A DNA stretch of 38,253 nt from a virus. The position numbers were made by a program, and so were the translations under genes. Positions 26,682 to 34,710 of the stretch are shown piece after piece (within the stretch, counting starts at the first letter, position 1; each line of letters starts with the position of its first letter). Below the pieces are notes generated by a model, which had not been told where the DNA came from, did not search any database, and was given only the letters and a program-made list of their open reading frames with translations. Where the stretch lies: UHGV virus genome UHGV-0117864; one strand, given 5' to 3'.

Positions 26682-27284
26682 ATGATCAATTATATTGATA
26701 TTTTTTTAAAAGCTGATCATTCTACTGTAACTGCACGAAAGGTTGCGAACCAGTATGATAATGAAGTTACTGTCATTCGATTTTTAAATGATGATTTATT
26801 TAAAAATGATTATAAACATGATCTTAAAATTGCATATAAGGGCAAGACAATAAAAGAGGTTCCGTTACATGGAAACTCTTTTATTATAACTGAGGACCTG
26901 ACTGCTAATGCTGGGGTATATACATGCACCATGATTGTCAGAGACAGTAAAGGACGAAGACGGGTAATGAATCCGTTTAAACTGGAAATAAATCAGGCTA
27001 TGTTTACTAAGGATATCGAAGAACTCCCTGTTGATCCGAATTTAGAATTTTTATATGACAAGATGCTTAATGCAGTAGAAGATTTGGAGAAAAGAGTAAA
27101 TAACGGGGAGTTCGATGGTTTTAGTCCAGTTGTTGACGTAGTTGAGGATAATGTTGAAACTTACAAATTAAAAGTAACCGACAGATACAAAGAAATTATA
27201 ACTCCAAATTTGAGACCAAGCTATAACTTCGCAAATGATGAAGATATAGACAATATTATAGAAAATATTCGAGGAGGAAGATAA
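26682..27284 (+). CDS. Second BppU-like tail protein
   Basis: NQYDN..T.I.F; NGEFDGFSP.V. Confidence 0.6.
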   Translation: MINYIDIFLKADHSTVTARKVANQYDNEVTVIRFLNDDLFKNDYKHDLKIAYKGKTIKEVPLHGNSFIITEDLTANAGVYTCTMIVRDSKGRRRVMNPFKLEINQAMFTKDIEELPVDPNLEFLYDKMLNAVEDLEKRVNNGEFDGFSPVVDVVEDNVETYKLKVTDRYKEIITPNLRPSYNFANDEDIDNIIENIRGGR

Positions 27285-27288
27285 AAAA

Positions 27289-28395
27289 ATGAGTAAAATT
27301 ATTACAACTGATAATCTGCTTGATTTCGGTCAGCAGTTAGCCGCTAAAGAAGATTTACTGCTTAACGGCAAAGTTGATAAGGTAGATGGGAAACAGCTGT
27401 CTACAAATGATTATACAACTGCCGAAAAGAATAAATTAGCTTCTCTTAATAATTATACACATCCAACCGGCGATGGGAATATGCATGTTCCAGCGACTGG
27501 AACAACAAATAACGGGAAAGTTTTAAAAGCTGGTGCTGCCGCTGGCTCTATTGCCTGGGGGAATGTAACAAAAAGCGAAGTGGGACTTGGTAATGTAGAC
27601 AATACAAGCGATTTAAACAAACCTGTTTCTACTGCTACACAAAACGCTTTAGATGCTAAAGCTAACAAAACACATCAACATGGAAATGCGGATATTACGG
27701 ATATTGATGCAGGAAAAATTAAAAGTGGTGTTATTGATATCGAAAGAATACCAAAAGGGGCATTGGAACGATGTATAGTTGTTGCTGATGATACCGCACG
27801 TAAAGCCTTAACCACTGCAACAGTTCAAGTCGGTGATACTGTTAAGGTCACTGCTACGGGTCTGATGTATTTCGTTGTAGATGATACAAAATTATCTACC
27901 GATGAGGGATATGAGGTTTATACTGCTGGTGCTGCTACAAGTGTGCCTTGGAGCGGTGTTACAGGGAAACCGAGTACATTTCCACCAAGTACACATACGC
28001 ATGATGACCGTTATTACACAGAAGCCGAAATTAATACCAAGCTGGCAGCTAAAGTTGATGTAGTCAGCGGCAAAGGGCTTAGTACAAACGATTATACTAC
28101 GGCTGAAAAAAATAAATTAGCATCTCTTAATAACTATACTCACCCATCCTATACAAGCCGTGCAAGCGGATTATATAAGATTGTTGTAGATGCAACGGGA
28201 CATATCAGCCAGGCTGCTGCGGTTACCAAAACAGATATTACGGCTTTAGGTATTCCCGCACAAGATACAACTTACAGTTTAGCCAGTTCTACTGCAAATG
28301 GTTTAATGAGTAAAGAAGATAAAACAAAATTAGATGGTATGAGTTACGCTACAGATTCGGATATCGATGATATCATTACAGAGATTTTCGGGTAG
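27289..28395 (+). CDS. Tail fibre protein with internal repeats
   Basis: KVD.V.GK.LSTNDYTTAEKNKLASLNNYTHP x2; VGLGNVDNTSD..KPVSTA; W..VTGKPSTFPPS.H.HDDRYY; GLMS.EDK.KLDG. Confidence 0.85.
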   Translation: MSKIITTDNLLDFGQQLAAKEDLLLNGKVDKVDGKQLSTNDYTTAEKNKLASLNNYTHPTGDGNMHVPATGTTNNGKVLKAGAAAGSIAWGNVTKSEVGLGNVDNTSDLNKPVSTATQNALDAKANKTHQHGNADITDIDAGKIKSGVIDIERIPKGALERCIVVADDTARKALTTATVQVGDTVKVTATGLMYFVVDDTKLSTDEGYEVYTAGAATSVPWSGVTGKPSTFPPSTHTHDDRYYTEAEINTKLAAKVDVVSGKGLSTNDYTTAEKNKLASLNNYTHPSYTSRASGLYKIVVDATGHISQAAAVTKTDITALGIPAQDTTYSLASSTANGLMSKEDKTKLDGMSYATDSDIDDIITEIFG

Positions 28396-29112
28396 GTGAA
28401 CAATATGGACGATAAAATTATAAGTACGCTAAAATTAAAACGCGCTTTAAATTCACTAAAATCTAAATTTATAGCAACGAATGGCGGTACATTAACTGGA
28501 AATTTAACTTTTAACAATAACTTATCATTACTTCAAAAGAAAAATAACGGTAATACTGTAAGACTTTTAAAGCTGGATAATTCAAATATTCTAAACATCG
28601 GTGATACAGGATGTCAAATAAACTTTAGTTCATCTGATAGGCCAAGAATAAACGTTGGACAAAACCCGTACGAGTTAGCATATATTAGTGATATTCCAAC
28701 TAAACAAAAGATTGTGGATATGATTTATCGTGTTGGGGCTATATATATGAGCGTCGATTCTACTTCACCAGCCTCATTATTTGGCGGTACATGGGAAGCA
28801 TGGGGTAAAGACCGTGTACCAATTGGTGTTGGGAGCGATAGTGATTTTAATACCGTTGAAAAAACGGGCGGAAGTAAAGAATATGAACTAAGGGCATTGA
28901 TAGGTGCAGTTGGAGGGAATGTTAATACCATAGGCTATGACAGTGAACCCGTTGTATCGGGCTACGGTTCTTATGATATGGTGCTGGATGCTAGTGCAGG
29001 GGCTAAACCACAAGGAGCAAGCAATACTACCAGGGTTGTTAAATCTGACGGTAAATCACCTACAACAGTACAGCCATATATAACCTGTTATATGTGGAAA
29101 CGTGTTTCTTAA
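28396..29112 (+). CDS. Tail fibre tip / baseplate protein (candidate receptor-binding protein)
   Basis: GGTLTGNL; YRVGAIYMSV....PASLFGGTWE; VQPYITCYMWKRVS. Confidence 0.75.
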   Translation: MNNMDDKIISTLKLKRALNSLKSKFIATNGGTLTGNLTFNNNLSLLQKKNNGNTVRLLKLDNSNILNIGDTGCQINFSSSDRPRINVGQNPYELAYISDIPTKQKIVDMIYRVGAIYMSVDSTSPASLFGGTWEAWGKDRVPIGVGSDSDFNTVEKTGGSKEYELRALIGAVGGNVNTIGYDSEPVVSGYGSYDMVLDASAGAKPQGASNTTRVVKSDGKSPTTVQPYITCYMWKRVS

Positions 29113-29124
29113 AGGAGAGCAAAT

Positions 29125-29496
29125 ATGAGAGTTTTTAATGAAGATAAAACACAGGAATTAAAAGAATATGATTTAAATAAAGGACATTTGGAACTGGATA
29201 AATTATTTGTGAAGCACCATGAAGCTGTAGAAGAAATTAAGGAGCAATGGCACTACGAAACTATTGCGGAATATCCGAATGGTGGTAAGGATGTTGAAAA
29301 AATAATTGATGTTCCTTATCAAGCCCCTAAAGAAGAGTATGACGAATATGAAGATATTTATGTTTATATTCCTTATACTGATGAAGAACTTGAAGAATTG
29401 AATAAACCAAGTGAATTAGAAATATTAAAACGAGAACAGGAAGTAACCGCACAAGCGGTTCAAGATTTAATTTTAACAATGATGGGTGGTGAGTAA
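29125..29496 (+). CDS. Tail-associated/assembly protein
   Basis: HYET.AEYPNGGKDV; YIPYT.EEL; XkdW-like position. Confidence 0.6.
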   Translation: MRVFNEDKTQELKEYDLNKGHLELDKLFVKHHEAVEEIKEQWHYETIAEYPNGGKDVEKIIDVPYQAPKEEYDEYEDIYVYIPYTDEELEELNKPSELEILKREQEVTAQAVQDLILTMMGGE

Positions 29497-29497
29497 A

Positions 29498-29623
29498 ATG
29501 GCCAACTTTTTAGTATATCGTATTTTAGATGAAAAATTAACGTATGACAAAGTACCTAAAGCGTTAAAAGAGGAAGTTAAAAAAATCTTAATCGAGTTAG
29601 GGCGTGAAGAATTAGTGCACTAA
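29498..29623 (+). CDS. CD1375/XkdX-like small protein (41 aa; not in ORF track)
   Basis: MANFLVYRILDEKLTYDKVPKALKEEVKKILIELGREELVH. Confidence 0.8.
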   Translation: MANFLVYRILDEKLTYDKVPKALKEEVKKILIELGREELVH

Positions 29624-29669
29624 TCTGCTGATTCGATGACAACTGTATTCAATAAAATTTAAACCGAAG

Positions 29670-30089
29670 GTGAGGAAAATGAAAAAAATGGAAAAAGTAT
29701 TTAATAGTACTGTAGCTGTTGTGGCTACTTTTTTTACGTATTTATTCGGGGGCTGGGATGCAGCAATTGGTATTTTAATTGTATTTATGTGTTTAGATTA
29801 TGTGACTGGTGTAATCGTTGCCTACCAAAACAATCTGTTAGACAGTGAAGTTGGATTTAAAGGACTTGTAAAGAAATTTATGATCCTTGTCATCTTAATT
29901 GTAGCAGTGATGTTAGATAGATTAATGAATACTGGCACATGGGTATTTCGTACACTTGTGTGTTACTTCTACATCGCAAATGAGGGAATTTCTTTATTAG
30001 AAAACGTTTCTAATTTAGGAGTAAAAATCCCTGATAAATTAAAAGATGCATTAGTGCAGCTGAATAAAGATGAAAGTGAGGAAGAATAA
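29670..30089 (+). CDS. Holin (toxin secretion/phage lysis holin family)
   Basis: LFGGWD...L..FM.LDY.TG; S..GFKG..KK; FYIANEG.S.LEN...G..IP; several possible Met starts. Confidence 0.93.
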   Translation: MRKMKKMEKVFNSTVAVVATFFTYLFGGWDAAIGILIVFMCLDYVTGVIVAYQNNLLDSEVGFKGLVKKFMILVILIVAVMLDRLMNTGTWVFRTLVCYFYIANEGISLLENVSNLGVKIPDKLKDALVQLNKDESEEE

Positions 30090-30090
30090 C

Positions 30091-31242
30091 ATGGAAATCA
30101 AACAAAATTTAGTAAATGCAGGTAAATACAGTATTAAATGTCCTTACGAAAGAACACCGCAGTTTTACGTGGTTCATAACACATATAATGATGCTCCAGC
30201 AAAAAATGAAGTTTCATATATGATTGGGAATAATAACAAAGTATCATTTCATTGGGCTATTGATGATGTAGAAGCTATTCAAGGATTGCCTGAAGATCGT
30301 AGTGCATTTGCAAGCGGTGACGGTGGAAAAGGACAAGGGAATTTATATGGTATTCATGTTGAAATTTGCTATTCAAAATCGGGCGGAGATAAATTTATCA
30401 AAGCTGAACAAAATGCAGCAAAATTTATCGCAGATGGCTTAAAGGCTCATGGATGGGGAATTGATAAAGTTAAAAAGCATCAAGATTTTGCTGATAAATA
30501 TTGTCCACATAGAACACTAGATATGGGGTGGCAAAGATTTTTAAATATGGTGCAAGCAAACCTTGATGGAAATGCTCAACCATTGCCACAACCAACACCA
30601 GATAATGGCACATCAGTAAATTATCAAGTAAGAATTACTGCAAATAGTGGATTAAATGTTCGTTCTGCTGCTTCTGCTAGTGCTTCTAAAGTAACTGCAT
30701 TAGCTAAAGGAACAGTAGTTACTGTTGATAGAGAATCTAATGGATGGCTACATATCAGTCAAGGATGGATTTCTGCTGAATATACTGAAAGAGTTTCTAG
30801 CGGATTTTCGGTTAATTATAAAGTAAAAGTTACTGCAAACTCAGGATTGAACGGTCGTTCTACTCCAAGCACTTCAGGAAGCAAGGTTACTGCTTATGTC
30901 AAAGGAACAATCTTAAACATTTCAAAAGAACAAAATGGTTGGGGATATACTGGTACTTGTTGGGTTAAATTAGAATATACTGAAAAAGTAAGTTCTAATA
31001 ACACATCAAACACTTTAGGTACTTATGAAGTAACTGCCAATGATTTAAGTGTTCGTACCGGTCCTGGAGAAAATTATAGAAGAAAAACATATAATGAATT
31101 AACAGTTGATGCAAAAAAACATGATTATGATAAAGACGGATGTCTAAACAAGGGTACTCGTGTTACTGTAAAAGAATGGAAAAACGGGTTTGCACGTATT
31201 CCTAGCGGATGGGTAAGCGCAGATTATTTAAAAAAGGTATAG
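30091..31242 (+). CDS. Endolysin: N-acetylmuramoyl-L-alanine amidase (Amidase_2, CwlA/XlyA-like) with three SH3b domains
   Basis: VVHNT.NDA.A.NE..YM; SFH.A.DD; EICYSKSGG; KHQD...KYCPH; repeats TANSGLN.RS...NGW. Confidence 0.95.
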   Translation: MEIKQNLVNAGKYSIKCPYERTPQFYVVHNTYNDAPAKNEVSYMIGNNNKVSFHWAIDDVEAIQGLPEDRSAFASGDGGKGQGNLYGIHVEICYSKSGGDKFIKAEQNAAKFIADGLKAHGWGIDKVKKHQDFADKYCPHRTLDMGWQRFLNMVQANLDGNAQPLPQPTPDNGTSVNYQVRITANSGLNVRSAASASASKVTALAKGTVVTVDRESNGWLHISQGWISAEYTERVSSGFSVNYKVKVTANSGLNGRSTPSTSGSKVTAYVKGTILNISKEQNGWGYTGTCWVKLEYTEKVSSNNTSNTLGTYEVTANDLSVRTGPGENYRRKTYNELTVDAKKHDYDKDGCLNKGTRVTVKEWKNGFARIPSGWVSADYLKKV

Positions 31243-31246
31243 TAAT

Positions 31247-31486
31247 ATGTTTAAAAAAGAATTAGATAAAATGATAGTTTTTACTATAAGTGCCATAGCT
31301 TTATTTTTTGGATGTATTGCCATTTATCAGGAGCAGCAAGTTAATAATCTAAAAAGCAGTTTAGAATTAACAAAACAAGAATTACAAGATACTCAAGGAG
31401 ATAGAGATTATTATAAAGGACAGTATAAAAAATATTACGAATTGTCCGAAGAACTTCAAAATCATATGGGTGTTTATGCTTATTAA
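31247..31486 (+). CDS. Membrane-anchored coiled-coil protein
   Basis: N-terminal TM IVFTISAIALFFGCIAIY followed by heptad coiled coil. Confidence 0.65.
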   Translation: MFKKELDKMIVFTISAIALFFGCIAIYQEQQVNNLKSSLELTKQELQDTQGDRDYYKGQYKKYYELSEELQNHMGVYAY

Positions 31487-31643
31487 TAAAGTTTATCTAA
31501 AACACGGTGCTGAAGATGTTCGCGGTAGTAAATTAAATACCCGAATAGAATATATCCTTATATATAAGGGACTAGTTCATAGTATAATAACTTCTGGATA
31601 TGGTAAAAAAATATATATCAATAATAAATATTTAAAAATATAA
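31476..31643 (+). CDS. Hypothetical 55-aa protein (not in ORF track)
   Basis: MLINKVYLKHGAEDVRGSKLNTRIEYILIYKGLVHSII...; overlaps the upstream stop and ends at the terminator. Confidence 0.4.
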   Translation: MLINKVYLKHGAEDVRGSKLNTRIEYILIYKGLVHSIITSGYGKKIYINNKYLKI

Positions 31644-31674
31644 CCTAACTCATTTTTTTGAGTTAGGTTTTTTT
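31642..31674 (+). terminator. Late-operon terminator
   Basis: AACCTAACTCA-loop-TGAGTTAGGTT followed by a T-run. Confidence 0.8.
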
Positions 31675-31838
31675 GCTTTTTCAATTGTTTCGATCATTGC
31701 TTCACGAAATACTTCACTTTGTGTAATTCCCAGTGTCTTACACGCTTCTTTAAATTCATGTACAAATTCTTTCTTGTATTTGGCATTTACAAAAGCCATA
31801 TTTTTTTTGTCGTATTTTTCCTGTGGCCGTTCATTCAT
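31650..31838 (-). CDS. Ribbon-helix-helix-like DNA-binding protein
   Basis: KYDKKN...V....KKE....FKEACK..G.TQSEVFREAM; GAGGT RBS. Confidence 0.75.
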   Translation of the reverse strand: MNERPQEKYDKKNMAFVNAKYKKEFVHEFKEACKTLGITQSEVFREAMIETIEKAKKPNSKK

Positions 31839-32001
31839 TCTTGTTTACCTCTTTTAAAATATAAAGACAAATTAAAACAGTCAATATATTAATGATTAAT
31901 TTTACGATTCCTAAAAGTGAGTTGTTGAATTCAAGCAAATCAGGTATAGAATCTATTAGAATAAGACCAATCAAGAGATTTAAAATTTTTTCACTTTTCA
32001 T
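31831..32001 (-). CDS. Two-TM small membrane protein (56 aa; not in ORF track)
   Basis: MKSEKILNLLIGLILIDSIPDLLEFNNSLLGIVKLIINILTVLICLYILKEVNKNE; stop overlaps the RHH start; no clear RBS. Confidence 0.55.
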   Translation of the reverse strand: MKSEKILNLLIGLILIDSIPDLLEFNNSLLGIVKLIINILTVLICLYILKEVNKNE

Positions 32002-32019
32002 AGATATTGTTTTAAGTTA

Positions 32020-32028
32020 TGGTATAAT
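32020..32028 (+). promoter_or_regulatory. Extended -10 promoter firing antisense into the 36-aa peptide gene
   Basis: TGGTATAAT, followed by the AAGGGGAA-TTAC-TTCCCCTT hairpin. Confidence 0.55.
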
Positions 32029-32047
32029 ATATTATAGGTAAGGGGAA

Positions 32048-32158
32048 TTACTTCCCCTTGTGAGACTTACGGTAGATATTATATGTTGCTAAAGCGATTG
32101 CAAGTTGAATTAGCTTATATACAATATCGAGTAAGTCTTTTAAATTGTTCTTATCCAC
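32048..32158 (-). CDS. Type I toxin-like peptide (36 aa; not in ORF track)
   Basis: AAAGGAGGT RBS, GTG start; MDKNNLKDLLDIVYKLIQLAIALATYNIYRKSHKGK (hydrophobic helix plus basic tail). Confidence 0.7.
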   Translation of the reverse strand: MDKNNLKDLLDIVYKLIQLAIALATYNIYRKSHKGK

Positions 32159-32188
32159 AACTTAATTACCTCCTTTCTTTACAATATT

Positions 32189-32217
32189 ATTATAACATAC
32201 GTATATACGTATGTAAA
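32189..32217 (-). promoter_or_regulatory. SigA promoter with a 20-bp palindromic operator
   Basis: TTTACA-17bp-TATAAT with TG extension; perfect palindrome ACATACGTATATACGTATGT at 32195-32214. Confidence 0.8.
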
Positions 32218-32242
32218 GGGTTTTTTGTTAAAAATTAAAAAC

Positions 32243-32444
32243 CGTGGAACGATTATGGAATAAAAAGATAATTATTTTAATAAATAGGGGAAAATAAATG
32301 AAAATTAGGCTAAGTAAAATAAAGTATTTATGATAAATAAAACATTAAAATGGTCTTCCCGTATAGAATACAGATATTAGAAACCCCTTGTCCCAAAGGG
32401 GTTTTTTGTTTTTTTTATAAGCTCGTGGCACCACTGTGGCACCA
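32243..32444. other. attP: core 32351-32369 matching a tRNA 3' end on the minus strand, flanked by arm-type repeats
   Basis: Minus strand ATT-CTATA-CGGGAAG-A-CCA (T-loop end, T-stem, acceptor, discriminator, CCA); GTGGCACCA x2 at 32425 and 32436; related (G/A)TGGAA repeats at 32244 and 32255. Confidence 0.7.
32381..32407. terminator. Intrinsic terminator next to attP
   Basis: AAACCCCTT-GTCCCA-AAGGGGTTT-TTT. Confidence 0.7.
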
Positions 32445-32470
32445 ATTTATTTAAAATTGGCAATAAAATT

Positions 32471-33565
32471 TTATTCCAAATCATCTATGACATTCAAAAT
32501 TTCCTGACGTTCACTGGGAAAAAGATGGCCATAAACACGCTCCACCATTTCTTTACTGTGTCCAAGTCTTTCCGCAATCGTTAGACTCTTCACCCCACTA
32601 TTTATCAAGATACTAACGTGGCTGTGCCTAAATTCATGAAGTGTAATCCGATTAAGTGGTTTGTTACTATGAAGTTCATTATATAATGATATATATGAAT
32701 CTTTTAGGCGCGTAAAATACTGTTGGTAAATCACATCATAAACTCCAAAGATAAAGCAGTCGTCATTAAAACCGTCAATATTTTTATCTCTGGCATATTT
32801 TTCCTTTAACCCCTTAATTAATACCTTGTTTAACAAAACGTGCCTGTGCTTACCGTTTTTTGTGTCTTCTGACAATATGTGATTCTTTTCGTCCCAATTG
32901 TCATGTACATAAATATCTCTATTGATCCAGTTTATATCGCTCCATTTTCTTGTCTGCACCTCTCCTATTCTCATACCAGTATGATAAAGCATATCAAAAA
33001 ATAATCTGTCATCAGGGTCATTAACAACTGTTTTAAATGCTTTATACTCCTCATAGGTCCAGTATCTTATTTTACTACTGTTCTTTTTGTTTTCATGACG
33101 AACAAATTCAACATAATCAAACGGATTTTTATCAATTATCATTCTGCGTACTGCATGGTTTAATAATCGGTTCAGCATCGATTGAATTATTTTAGTGTAG
33201 CTGTTTGAATAATTTTTCTTTAATAACTCATTTTGAAAATCTTCAATGACTGGTATATTTATTTTTTGAACTATCATTTCACCAAAGTAAGGTATTAACT
33301 GTTTATTTATAAGATATTTAAAATCTTTAAGTGATCTTGCTTTTACTCGGGTTGATTTATAAGTGATAAAATCATTTATGAGTTGTTTAAATGTTATCTG
33401 CTGTTTTATTATTTTATCAGATATTCGATAAGCAGCTTCATAGTCTAAAGCCAATTCTCTAGTTTTAAATCCTCTTTTTTTATGCTTATGGTGTTGTCCT
33501 AATGAATCAGTATAATTTATAGAAACATACCATGTATTTCTTTCTTTGTCTTTATATACCGGCAT
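32471..33565 (-). CDS. int: Phage integrase (tyrosine recombinase with arm-binding domain)
   Basis: N-term WYV...Y.D..G......KRGFKT; TGMRIGE, TKN, LHEFRHSH, RLGH, VYGHL. Confidence 0.96.
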   Translation of the reverse strand: MPVYKDKERNTWYVSINYTDSLGQHHKHKKRGFKTRELALDYEAAYRISDKIIKQQITFKQLINDFITYKSTRVKARSLKDFKYLINKQLIPYFGEMIVQKINIPVIEDFQNELLKKNYSNSYTKIIQSMLNRLLNHAVRRMIIDKNPFDYVEFVRHENKKNSSKIRYWTYEEYKAFKTVVNDPDDRLFFDMLYHTGMRIGEVQTRKWSDINWINRDIYVHDNWDEKNHILSEDTKNGKHRHVLLNKVLIKGLKEKYARDKNIDGFNDDCFIFGVYDVIYQQYFTRLKDSYISLYNELHSNKPLNRITLHEFRHSHVSILINSGVKSLTIAERLGHSKEMVERVYGHLFPSERQEILNVIDDLE

Positions 33566-33594
33566 TGTAAAAAACTCCCTTCATATGTTATAAT
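33565..33594 (+). promoter_or_regulatory. SigA promoter overlapping the int start/RBS in the opposite direction
   Basis: TTGTAA(33565-70)-18bp-TATAAT(33589-94) with TG extension. Confidence 0.7.
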
Positions 33595-33596
33595 GG

Positions 33597-33702
33597 GAGC
33601 ATAATAAAAAGTGTTAACCGACCAAGTTAATTTTTTATTATGCTCGAATGATATTACCAGTATCATTCATTAGATCACTGTTACCAGCAGTGGTCTTTTT
33701 TT
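33597..33702 (+). ncRNA. Putative ~105-nt three-hairpin antisense RNA
   Basis: Promoter directly upstream; stems GAGCATAATAAAAA/TTTTTATTATGCTC (loop CGACCAA), GAATGATA/TATCATTC (loop TTACCAG) and GATCACTG/CAGTGGTC (loop TTACCAG), then a T-run. Confidence 0.65.
33630..33699. repeat. 70-bp direct repeat copy 1 flanking rhuM
   Basis: 68/70 identical to 34711-34780. Confidence 0.95.
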
Positions 33703-34693
33703 ATTGATTGTTAATAAACTTTTTTATTTGTTTATCAAAATCAGATTCTATTTTTTGTGTTTTATTAAATTCGGTATATTCGGTTTCTGCTTTTTGAATA
33801 GCTTTTTTTCTTGATATTGCACCATTGTTTTTTAATATATCATACCGTCTAAATTCTAAAAATGCATTAATACTGTCAGAAAATTCTTCCATAGTAAATG
33901 TATTTTCTCTTTCTATCAAGTCTTCAATATAATCAAAATAGCCGCTTACAGTTCTTTCAAGTTGTCTTATCTGTTTTTCTGACAGATAATTTTTTGCAAC
34001 TTTAACATCTGATTTAAGAATACGCCCATCAGGAGAATTTTTCCATGTAGTAAGTCCCATATTTTCCTTGGTCCTATCTGCTTTGCTGTAAATTATTTCT
34101 GCAGCAGTTTGACCTGTTATGGCGTAATGAAATTTATTTTGTACTGTTGCATAAAAATTATATGTTATTGGTGAATTTTTATCATAGTCGATACTGCATT
34201 CAGCAAAGATGTCCGTTATTTGTTGCCAAATACGTCTTTCACTTGCACGAATGGAACGGACGCGTTCAAGCAACTCTTTAAAATAATCTTTTCCAAATGC
34301 TGCTTTTCCTTGTTTTAATCGATCATCATCTAGTGCAAATCCCTTGATCATATATTCTTTTAATACATTAGTTGCCCATATACGAAAATTTGTTGCTTGT
34401 CTAGAATTAACGCGATATCCTACTGAAATTATAGCATCAAGATTATAAAATTGAGTACGATATTTTTTTCCATCTACAGCAGTTGCCGAGATTTTCTCGG
34501 TAACTGAATTTTTATCAAGTTCACCATCAGCAAATATATTTTTTAAATGCAATGAAATATTATCAGTACTACAATCAAATAGTTCTGCCATTGATTTTTG
34601 ATTAAGCCAAATTGTTTCATCTTTTATTAGAGCGTTAACTGATATATCCTCGTTCGCAGATGAGTATAATAAAAACTTAAAATTATTTTTCAA
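33701..34693 (-). CDS. rhuM: RhuM (virulence RhuM family) protein
   Basis: ETIWL.QK.MAELF; YNLDAIISVGYRVNS..AT.FR.WAT; DYF.ELLER.R.IRASERR; VQNKFH.AITG.TAAE; AKNYL. Confidence 0.93.
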   Translation of the reverse strand: MKNNFKFLLYSSANEDISVNALIKDETIWLNQKSMAELFDCSTDNISLHLKNIFADGELDKNSVTEKISATAVDGKKYRTQFYNLDAIISVGYRVNSRQATNFRIWATNVLKEYMIKGFALDDDRLKQGKAAFGKDYFKELLERVRSIRASERRIWQQITDIFAECSIDYDKNSPITYNFYATVQNKFHYAITGQTAAEIIYSKADRTKENMGLTTWKNSPDGRILKSDVKVAKNYLSEKQIRQLERTVSGYFDYIEDLIERENTFTMEEFSDSINAFLEFRRYDILKNNGAISRKKAIQKAETEYTEFNKTQKIESDFDKQIKKFINNQ

Positions 34694-34710
34694 ATGCTAT
34701 ACCTCCCTAT

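Noticed and set aside
27370..28146. Duplicated ~95-bp segment in the tail fibre as a DGR template/variable repeat pair
   Set aside because: Both copies are in frame in one gene, differences are mostly synonymous and not adenine-specific, and there is no reverse transcriptase gene.
13414..28931. Minus-strand and nested ORFs within structural genes (e.g. 15404-15832, 17945-18385, 19591-19914, 20484-20804, 21925-22296, 15376-15600, 27881-28063)
   Set aside because: Shadow ORFs overlapping well-supported genes, with no recognisable motifs.
25830..29112. Tail-fibre invertible shufflon driven by the second recombinase
   Set aside because: No inverted fibre cassettes or inverted repeats seen; the recombinase is about 20 kb away and has candidate sites beside it.
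32351..32369. A complete tRNA gene
   Set aside because: Only the 3'-terminal 19 nt fit; no D-arm, anticodon arm or TTCG upstream. Treated as the att core.
33701..34693. rhuM as evidence of a virulence factor
   Set aside because: The family name derives from its location in Salmonella SPI-3; nothing in this sequence supports a virulence role.
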